Shown here piece after piece: positions 19,885 through 27,326 of a stretch of 64,000 nt of DNA. A program made the translations under genes and the position numbers. The notes below the pieces were generated by a model, which had not been told where the DNA came from, searched no databases, and saw only the letters and a list, made by a program, of their open reading frames with translations. Each line of letters starts with the position of its first letter. Within the stretch, counting starts at the first letter, position 1. The DNA comes from Candidatus Bathyarchaeia archaeon (lineage in GTDB: Archaea > Thermoproteota > Bathyarchaeia > 40CM-2-53-6): contig JBEKVV010000002.1 of the NCBI GenBank assembly GCA_049513715.1, positions 496,935-560,934 on the forward strand, read 5' to 3'.

Positions 19885-20835
19885 CTATCCTTCTACACGC
19901 TGTAGCTTGCGGATCTTCTGGCCATCAATCTCAATCAAATAGGCGCTCAAGATGCCTTCAGTGTACTCCGACCCGGGATTCATGCACTGCGTTCGGCCAA
20001 TGTTCATCCAGCCTCGGCATTCGTGAATGTGGCCATGCAGACCCAGCAGGGGCTGATACTTCTCGATGATAGCGCGAACCGCCTTCGCACCAACAGGAAT
20101 GATGACTGGTCGTCCACCCTCCACAACAGGACGAAGGTTCTTGTCCAACAATGGTGCTTGGTCTATTTGAGATTCGAACGGTGGGCAATGCAGGCAGAAG
20201 AGGGAATTCGGTACGTTCTTGACTTGGGAGGCTAGTTTCTCCAACTTCACCGTCAACTCATCTTCCGAACATTCACGCGGGCTATTCCAAGGGGTCGGGT
20301 TCGCCCATCCGCAACACGCCGCCTCATGTTCGCCGTCGAGGTCTACCACAGACTCCTCGGCATAGATTACGTGTGGACACGCTTTGATTACCTCGTCGAG
20401 TTCGAACTTATCATCATTACCGGGATGGAGTAACACCTTAGTCTCCTTCGGAACTCTGGATGGGACCATGTCCAGCCAAGATTGCAACGTCACACATTCA
20501 AGTTTTGCAAATATCTTCTCGATTTCATCTTGCGAAGCTTGCTTGAGCGTTTCAAACTCTTTCTCGCTGCAAACGTAGGGTATGTAGCAATGCTCTCCCA
20601 CAAGGGCCTTGAACTCCTCTAGTTTACTGGGTTGTATTGTGTGGATTTGTTCTAGGAAGTCGGCTTTGTAGGTTCCATCCGGTTGTAGCACAATTGGCGT
20701 GAGTATCTTAGCGGTTATGTCCCCGCCCATGATTAGCCAATCGGCTTTGAACACCTTCGCCGAGTTCAGAAACTTCCGCCAAACCAGCTCGTTGCCATGG
20801 AAGTCGGAAGCGAAAACTATCCTTACTTTAGCCAA
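19885..20835 (-). CDS. Calcineurin-like metallophosphoesterase (Icc-related)
   Basis: SDFHG, GGD, GNDD, HCPP, HGHIHE, NPGS. Confidence 0.9.
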   Translation of the reverse strand: MAKVRIVFASDFHGNELVWRKFLNSAKVFKADWLIMGGDITAKILTPIVLQPDGTYKADFLEQIHTIQPSKLEEFKALVGEHCYIPYVCSEKEFETLKQASQDEIEKIFAKLECVTLQSWLDMVPSRVPKETKVLLHPGNDDKFELDEVIKACPHVIYAEESVVDLDGEHEAACCGWANPTPWNSPRECSEDELTVKLEKLASQVKNVPNSLFCLHCPPFESQIDQAPLLDKNLRPVVEGGRPVIIPVGAKAVRAIIEKYQPLLGLHGHIHECRGWMNIGRTQCMNPGSEYTEGILSAYLIEIDGQKIRKLQRVEG

Positions 20836-20884
20836 GTATCTTTTCCGGCCCAGATTGGGTTTAAAGCGTATTTCAAGTTTGCCG

Positions 20885-21664
20885 CTAGTCGCGTTGGACT
20901 TCTTCGACGGCGTTATACCACTTCTTGGCAGGGCCGATTTTTGCTCGGAGCTTCCACTGAAGCGTCTTGGGGGTACCTTCGATAATTGCCTGTAGCTTAT
21001 CGATCCTTTCAGAAACGACCTTCTTGTCTTCTGCGGTGAGCGTGGGATATTTGTCCATGAACTGTTTGATTTTTGGAAGGTTCAATGTAACGGTATGATA
21101 GAAGCCCCATTCGGTTGATAGCAGCTTGGCCACGTAGTCGCCATTAATCTCCTCCTTGTCGGTCTTGCCGATATCGTATTCCAGTAGCAATATGATGGCG
21201 TCTTGAATGTCCTTTTCGTTGGTTTGAACGATCTGCAGTTTCTGAAGTAATAGTTCAGCGAGGGGCACCGTCGGGGTATCGAGCTCAAGTCTGCCAGTGT
21301 AGTCTAGGACGTGGCACATTTCCAGTTTGCCGAGGAAGACGTCGATGGCTTTGTTTCCTTCCTTGTCGTTGAAGATTTGTCTGTGCCTGCCTGTGGCTCC
21401 CGTGAGCATGAGTGAAATGTAGGGTTCGTATCCTAAGTCGACGAAAAGTTCTTTCGTCTTTGGGCGAAACTTGCTGTATGTAACGAAATCCATATCGTGT
21501 TTAGGTGCTCGTTTGAGCCGTTCGTACATTCCCTCATGCTTAGGGCAGTGCATCCTGATCGCGGCCCCGCCCAGAATTCGCAGAGGTACTTTCCTTTCGT
21601 CAGCAACGGCTATTATTCGTCGTATCTCTTTTGAGAAGTCATTGAAAGTTGCAAATTCGCCCAA
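20885..21664 (-). CDS. Pol-beta-superfamily nucleotidyltransferase-like protein
   Basis: ILGGAAI, HDMDF, IDVF, and LLQKLQ...EKDIQD motifs. Confidence 0.7.
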   Translation of the reverse strand: MGEFATFNDFSKEIRRIIAVADERKVPLRILGGAAIRMHCPKHEGMYERLKRAPKHDMDFVTYSKFRPKTKELFVDLGYEPYISLMLTGATGRHRQIFNDKEGNKAIDVFLGKLEMCHVLDYTGRLELDTPTVPLAELLLQKLQIVQTNEKDIQDAIILLLEYDIGKTDKEEINGDYVAKLLSTEWGFYHTVTLNLPKIKQFMDKYPTLTAEDKKVVSERIDKLQAIIEGTPKTLQWKLRAKIGPAKKWYNAVEEVQRD

Positions 21665-21907
21665 TCACAAACTCATCCTGAAACAACAATCGATCTTGTT
21701 TTACATGAATGGGATTTGTGTTTCCACATATCCTATTCAAGAGAGGCTTGTGTTTGTTATTAAATTCATCTATGGTTCATCACGTACCTTCAGAGTTCGT
21801 CCCTCATTTTGCGAGGGGCTTCCACGAATGTCTACGTGGCGAGTTTTGTTAACATCCGACTGTATATTGCGTTAGTGTCTGTTGAGATTCAATTAGTGAT
21901 TCACGGT

Positions 21908-21944
21908 CTCATTGATGAGCCAAACCTAATGAGTCAGTCTCATT
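21908..21944. promoter_or_regulatory. Candidate operator palindromes in a divergent intergenic region
   Basis: CTCAT-TG-ATGAG (21908-21919) and AATGAG-N5-CTCATT (21928-21944) share the ATGAG/CTCAT half-site. Confidence 0.35.
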
Positions 21945-22035
21945 TTCAACGCAAAATTCTCCGAAGAATGCCTCGAACCTTAATTTGACAGCGAGCATGA
22001 CATCTATGTGATTATTATTCTGAGGTACTGTCCAA

Positions 22036-22842
22036 GTGTCCGTTGAGAAACAAAAAGCGCTCACGATATCGCTAACGAGCAAGCAGTTGTCAGATACTAG
22101 GCTTGCAGGTTACCTGTGGGTAATCCCCCTCGGTCTGGGGTTCGTTGCTTGGGAAGCCATCACTCAAGCCCATCTGGTTCCTAGCTCCAACCTTCCAACG
22201 TTCTCAAGTGTACTCCAGGTCTTCTTCGTTTCCATACAGAACCCTTCGTTCCTTCTCAGAATCGCCCATAGCTTTCTCACGCTACTTTGCGGCTTAGTCT
22301 TCGCCTTCTCCTTCGCTTTACCGATGGCGTTCATAGCGGGAAGCAAGAGAGGATTCGACCTGACCTTTACCCCACTCATCATGCTCTTCGGCGCTCTCCC
22401 CGATCTGTCATTCCTACCTCTCCTTGTGCTCTGGTTTGGTGCAGGAAGTGCCGCGGCCATAATGATGGCAACAGTCGGTGCCTTCTTCCCGATCTACTTC
22501 ACTGTGCGCGAGGGCACGAAGAACATCCCGAGAGAGCTGTACGAGGTCACTACCATATTCAAGTCCGGCAGGCTCTCAACATTCACGAAGATGGTCCTCC
22601 CAGCCATCTCACCACACATGTTTAGCGGTCTAAGGCTGGCGTACGACTTCGATTGGGAAATCATAATAGCCATAGAAATTGCGACTCAAGTCGCAGGCAT
22701 TGGAAGCTTCATCGACCGGTCAGTGGGCGCAGGTTCACTTCAAAGCGGCTTCGCCGCAATCCTAGCTATCGCAATCGTCGCGGTGGTGGTGGACCGTGCA
22801 TTCTTCGGCACGCTGGAGGCTTGGTCTAGGAAGTGGTCTTGA
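22036..22842 (+). CDS. ABC transporter permease, NitT/TauT/SsuC family
   Basis: About 6 TM; LPLLVLWFGAG, EAA-like loop, LPAISP..FSGLRLA. Confidence 0.88.
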   Translation: MSVEKQKALTISLTSKQLSDTRLAGYLWVIPLGLGFVAWEAITQAHLVPSSNLPTFSSVLQVFFVSIQNPSFLLRIAHSFLTLLCGLVFAFSFALPMAFIAGSKRGFDLTFTPLIMLFGALPDLSFLPLLVLWFGAGSAAAIMMATVGAFFPIYFTVREGTKNIPRELYEVTTIFKSGRLSTFTKMVLPAISPHMFSGLRLAYDFDWEIIIAIEIATQVAGIGSFIDRSVGAGSLQSGFAAILAIAIVAVVVDRAFFGTLEAWSRKWS

Positions 22843-23711
22843 CGGACTCTCATCTAGAATTGGATAATGTAACGAAGTTCTACGATTCTCAAGCAAAGTT
22901 CCATGCTGTACAGGAAGTGAGCTTTGGGATCGACCGCGGGGAGTTCGTTTGCATAGTGGGTCCGAGTGGTTGTGGCAAGTCAACTTTACTCAAGATGATG
23001 GCGGGCCTTGAGGTTCCGAGTTCAGGGGAAGTGCGCTTCAAAGGCGGCCCTGTGCGCGGTCCGCACGGCAAAATTAGCATGGTCTTTCAAGCATTCGGGC
23101 TTTTCCCGTGGAGGACCGTGCTAGAAAATGCAGAGTACGGACTAGAGATGCGGAAGACTCCCAAACCAGAGCGAAGGGAACTTGCACACCAATACTTGGA
23201 CATGGTTGGGCTCGGCGGCTACGAGCACATGTACCCCAAACAGCTCTCGGGTGGAATGAAGCAAAGAGTGGGAATTGCCCGCGCATTAGCGGTTGAACCT
23301 GAGGTTGTGCTCATGGATGAGGCCTTTAGTGCAATCGACGAAGTAACCGCCGATGTTCTCAGGGAAGAGGTTTCGGAAATCCACAAGGAAACCGGAAAAA
23401 CGTTCGTCCTCGTTACTCACAACTTATCAGAAGCAATCGAGCTTGCGGACAAGGTCGTGGTTCTATCTTCACGGCCTGCCAAAGTGAAGAAGATCTTTCC
23501 CATAACACTTGATCGCCCCAGAGACAGAACACACTCCCTCTTTGTTCACATGCATCGGGACATTCTCCACCTTCTGAAGGAAGAGTTGGAGAACACATTG
23601 ATTCGGCACAAGTTGAGAGGAATAGGCGTGCTTCAGGGGCTCCATGACATGGAGGAAGCAGGCAAAACCGAGCCTGCGAAGCAGGCCAAGCAGTCGCTCG
23701 CGATTACTTGA
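22839..23711 (+). CDS. ABC transporter ATPase, NitT/TauT family
   Basis: GPSGCGKST, LSGGMKQR, LMDEAF, VTH; TTGA overlap with the permease. Confidence 0.93.
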   Translation: MTDSHLELDNVTKFYDSQAKFHAVQEVSFGIDRGEFVCIVGPSGCGKSTLLKMMAGLEVPSSGEVRFKGGPVRGPHGKISMVFQAFGLFPWRTVLENAEYGLEMRKTPKPERRELAHQYLDMVGLGGYEHMYPKQLSGGMKQRVGIARALAVEPEVVLMDEAFSAIDEVTADVLREEVSEIHKETGKTFVLVTHNLSEAIELADKVVVLSSRPAKVKKIFPITLDRPRDRTHSLFVHMHRDILHLLKEELENTLIRHKLRGIGVLQGLHDMEEAGKTEPAKQAKQSLAIT

Positions 23712-24057
23712 GGCTTGTTCCACACTTCGGGCAGAATTTGGCGTGGCCCGGTGCGGATGAACCACACGTGGGGCAAATGAGCACCGCTTGGACTGATGGT
23801 GGTCCTGGTTGAGCCTGCGGTTTGGGTAGCTCCAATTCCTTCTTGAGGAGCACAACATCCTCCAGCGAAAGCACATCGTCCCATGGCACATCCAACTCGC
23901 TGCCAGTCTTGGTAGCCACGCGAAACGCCATGTTTCTGTTTTGAAAATCCACAGAAACATCTTTCACGTTTCCAATGACTGATCCCTTACTGTCGATCAC
24001 TTGCATACCTGTAAACCGTTGCGCTGGAACAAACTTTGAGCTTTCCTTGGATGCCAA
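23704..24057 (-). CDS. PRC-barrel protein with C-terminal double zinc ribbon
   Basis: GMQVIDSKGSVIGNVKDV...VPWDDV..LEDVVLL; CPTCG...FCPKCG. Confidence 0.85.
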   Translation of the reverse strand: MASKESSKFVPAQRFTGMQVIDSKGSVIGNVKDVSVDFQNRNMAFRVATKTGSELDVPWDDVLSLEDVVLLKKELELPKPQAQPGPPSVQAVLICPTCGSSAPGHAKFCPKCGTSLK

Positions 24058-24181
24058 ACCTGCTCAAGAGGCAAGAGCATGTTCAAATAAATCTGGTTTG
24101 TGGTGGAGCTGGTTCTTGGACGCAAGGGCGCCCCCAAACCACATAACGGTGAACCCATGGGCTATTCTGAGCGACTGCAGA

Positions 24182-24742
24182 ATGGTCTTGTTCAAGACGG
24201 CTTTGTTTGGTGTTGTCTTACTAGTGTTCGGGGTACTGGCGCTTTCGATGATTGGTCAATACGTGACTGTGGAGGTTCAGCAGGTTCAACGCCACGACCT
24301 TGACATCAGTGTAGCGTTTCTGGTCGGTGACGTGGTTGACAGATCATACTCGCTCCCAGCGAATGTTCCCGTATTCGGCTCGATCAAGGTGGCTGAGGCA
24401 CCTTCGAACACATCAGGTGATATTCGGTTTATCGTCTTCGATGCCGAGAATTACCAACGGTGGTCGAATAGCGGGCAAGCAGACTTTGTCTTCTCCGCCA
24501 CCGAGCAAGGTGTTTCTAATTACACCTTCACGGACAACAAAGCAGGGGTGTATCATTTCGTGTTCGATAATCGGGCTTCATTGTTCAAGAAATACGTCAC
24601 GTTCTCAGTGACATACAATGAAATCATAACCAGCAGAATTCCAGACCCACGCACAAACTACGTCGCTTGGGCATGCTTGATTGCCGGAGGCTTAATCCTT
24701 GTCTACGGGTTAGCCAGGAAGCCTCCAGTCCAATGGGCATAA
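24182..24742 (+). CDS. emp24/p24 GOLD-like membrane protein
   Basis: N-terminal hydrophobic segment, beta-rich domain with YTFT...GVYHFVFDN, C-terminal TM; true start taken as ATG 24182. Confidence 0.65.
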   Translation: MVLFKTALFGVVLLVFGVLALSMIGQYVTVEVQQVQRHDLDISVAFLVGDVVDRSYSLPANVPVFGSIKVAEAPSNTSGDIRFIVFDAENYQRWSNSGQADFVFSATEQGVSNYTFTDNKAGVYHFVFDNRASLFKKYVTFSVTYNEIITSRIPDPRTNYVAWACLIAGGLILVYGLARKPPVQWA

Positions 24743-24794
24743 TGGCTTGGCAACTTCTAAATAGCATTCCACATTAACCGAATACCGGTAGCTC

Positions 24795-25139
24795 TTGAGC
24801 GGTCTTACGAGGAAACAGGTCTGGGTTGACCGGAACCTATCGATGGTTCTCGGAGTCACGGAAGGCCAGTTGGTCAGTTACTCGGAAATTTCAAAAAACC
24901 TACACAAATACATCAAAGACAACGACTTGAAGAATCCTCTCAAACGCCCGAAACCCTCCGCAACACAGCCCGTTGCGGCCGAGTCGCCTCGTCAGCCTCC
25001 GCCACTCGCACAGCAACCACAAACCATCCAACCCCAGAGTGTCGCTGTATCATTGGCGGGCGGAAGATATTGTCAATCGTGTGGCGCACACATACCTTCT
25101 GACTCTGTATTCTGTGACATGTGTGGCGCCGACCAGTAG
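24795..25139 (+). CDS. SWIB/MDM2-like domain, Pro/Gln linker and double zinc ribbon
   Basis: LSMVLG...VSYSEISKNLHKYIKDNDLKNP matches the SWIB pattern; CQSCG...FCDMCG. Confidence 0.65.
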   Translation: MSGLTRKQVWVDRNLSMVLGVTEGQLVSYSEISKNLHKYIKDNDLKNPLKRPKPSATQPVAAESPRQPPPLAQQPQTIQPQSVAVSLAGGRYCQSCGAHIPSDSVFCDMCGADQ

Positions 25140-25245
25140 CTACTTTTCGAAATGTTGCACTCCAATTGAACGTTTGCGTTCCCAACTTAAATACGGTGCG
25201 TGGTCTGCTAGCATACTTTTAACCCTCGCAAACAGTGGAAGTTTC

Positions 25246-26814
25246 ATGGAATCAGGCAAAGTCGGGATCATAGGTTACGGCGCATACATCCCGCTGCAAC
25301 GTATTCATACCGAAGAGATTGTGAAGGCGAGAGAGAAGAAACGAAACGACCTTCCGCAATTCCTTGACAAAGTTAGGAACGGGTTACTGCTCAAGGACAA
25401 ATCAGTAGCTTCATTGACAGAAGATTCCATCACTATCGCGACCGAAGCAGCGTTGAATGCATTAGACATGGCTGGAATCGACCCTCTCGAAATTGAAACC
25501 GTTGCGATAGGGTCGGAGTCGAAGCCATATGCAGTGGGAACGATCGCACGGCATGTGGCCTCATTCATCGGCGCAGGGAATCAAGTCTACGTGGCAGACC
25601 TGGAAGGCGCGTGCAATTCAGGAATGCAGTCGACCTCTTTCGTGGAGAGCCAGATTCTCAGTGGCAGAATCAAATACGGCCTCGCAGTCGGAACCGACGT
25701 GGCACAAGCACCAGTCGGAGACCCGTTGGAATACGCTTGCGGCGCCGGTGCCGGAGCATTTCTCCTCGGCCGTGGCAGCCCAGTTGCCACAATCGTTGAC
25801 ACGGCTGCTTACTCAAGCTTGACCTTGGACTTCTGGAGGCGGGACGGTGCAGCGGTCCCGAGCCACTTTGGCAGAACAACCGTCGAAGCCTACATCAAAC
25901 ATGTGATTGGCGCCATCGAGGGGCTGTTGTTGAAGCATCCTGAAGTTTCGTTGATGGATTTCGATTATGTCACGTTCCACCAACCCTCCGGTTACATGCC
26001 CATGAAGACTTGCAAGACGCTGACGCAAGAAAAGATCGAGATTCTTGACCATCCCGAGCTGCAGGAAAGGATTCGACTTACCCCTGAGTTCATTCAGGAG
26101 AAAATTACACCATGGCTGCGGGTTCTAGATACCGGCAATACGTACGCGGCTTCCACCCTCATAGCGACCTGCGATATCCTTGACCATGCCAAACCTGGTC
26201 AGAATATTTTGGCGGTCTCCTACGGATCCGGCGCATACACGATAGCAACCTGGTTACACGTTGAAGACGAGATCACAAAGCGCCGGGGGCGCACCCCTAC
26301 CGTCATGGACTATGTGAATCGAAGGCGAGACATCAGCCTCGAAGCGTACGAGCGAATTCTGAAGTATAAGCACGGATCTGTGAGGGAAAGGTTGTCGGCG
26401 CCAAGAATAATCGCTGAGATTGAGCCATACAACGGGCGCACATTCACATACACACTCTGCAACGGTTGCCAGCGTGTTTTCTACCCAGCCCGCGACAGTT
26501 GCCTCGAGTTCGACTGCAAAGGGCCCGTTGAACAACGAACGCTCCCAATGAACGCACGCGTGTTGTCAGTGAAGAAACTGACCCTCAGAGATCGACTTAT
26601 CTCGAATTTCGATGTGCTGAAACAGGGAAATGTGTTGGTCGTCGACACAGCACTATCGGAGGTCACGCCCGGAACGGAGTTAGAATCACTAATTCGCAGA
26701 ATCGATGCTGAAGGGAAAGCTGGTCTCATAATCTACGGCCCAGTCTACAGACCCGCATTCAGAACGAAACCGCTTCTCAAAGAGGCGGAGCCAGCTCAGG
26801 TCTTGGCTCGCTAA
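25246..26814 (+). CDS. Archaeal HMG-CoA synthase with fused C-terminal DUF35 (Zn-ribbon/OB) domain
   Basis: GIIGYGAYIP, GSESKPYAV, ADLEGAC, FHQP, GNTY, SYGSGA; then CNGCQRVFYPARDSC...C and GLIIYGPVYRP. Start at ATG 25246. Confidence 0.88.
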   Translation: MESGKVGIIGYGAYIPLQRIHTEEIVKAREKKRNDLPQFLDKVRNGLLLKDKSVASLTEDSITIATEAALNALDMAGIDPLEIETVAIGSESKPYAVGTIARHVASFIGAGNQVYVADLEGACNSGMQSTSFVESQILSGRIKYGLAVGTDVAQAPVGDPLEYACGAGAGAFLLGRGSPVATIVDTAAYSSLTLDFWRRDGAAVPSHFGRTTVEAYIKHVIGAIEGLLLKHPEVSLMDFDYVTFHQPSGYMPMKTCKTLTQEKIEILDHPELQERIRLTPEFIQEKITPWLRVLDTGNTYAASTLIATCDILDHAKPGQNILAVSYGSGAYTIATWLHVEDEITKRRGRTPTVMDYVNRRRDISLEAYERILKYKHGSVRERLSAPRIIAEIEPYNGRTFTYTLCNGCQRVFYPARDSCLEFDCKGPVEQRTLPMNARVLSVKKLTLRDRLISNFDVLKQGNVLVVDTALSEVTPGTELESLIRRIDAEGKAGLIIYGPVYRPAFRTKPLLKEAEPAQVLAR

Positions 26815-26945
26815 GCTCCCACTGACTGTGCGTGAACAGCGCCGCAGTGCCTACAATACCGTGCGTCGTGGACCTCGAAGGAATCTTCTTCTTCATTTAT
26901 GACGTAGGTATCCTGGAACTTATGGCCGATTAGTCGGCAGAGCAT
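26811..26945 (-). CDS. 44-aa zinc-binding microprotein (C-x3-GH...CxxC)
   Basis: MLCRLIGHKFQDTYVINEEEDSFEVHDARYCRHCGAVHAQSVGA; stop overlaps the HMG-CoA synthase stop; not in the ORF track. Confidence 0.65.
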   Translation of the reverse strand: MLCRLIGHKFQDTYVINEEEDSFEVHDARYCRHCGAVHAQSVGA

Positions 26946-27326
26946 GCTCAACTCGATCACAAGGTAGTATTAGTGACTGTTAGGTATATTAGTGTTCTGA
27001 ACTCAGCACAGTAGTGTTTCACACGTTCACATCACGACTTGATGATCTCGCACACCATTTCGTACGTGATTACGGAGCCTACCACCATACTGCTCCTTCA
27101 TTATTTGGGCAACTGTTCCAACACTGAAAGTCGCTTTCCTCGGTAACAAGAAGCAAAAACGACCTGCAATTTCGAACTTCATGTCGAATGTGGCGTATCG
27201 TCAAAAGGATTCTTAGGAAACTAAGGTCCTGCGCTGGCACAATGTAGATGTGTCGTGGATCGACATTAAGACTTGATAAGACGCATGGCTAGTACCGAAC
27301 GCATCCGTGTGATTTAGGAGGTCCCC

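Noticed and set aside
23975..24181. N-terminal extension of the GOLD-like ORF
   Set aside because: It overlaps the divergent PRC-barrel gene; the hydrophobic N-terminus starts at ATG 24182.
24973..25245. 91-aa N-terminal extension of HMG-CoA synthase in the ORF track
   Set aside because: It overlaps the SWIB-like gene; homology starts at ATG 25246, which has a TATA-like TTTTAA upstream.
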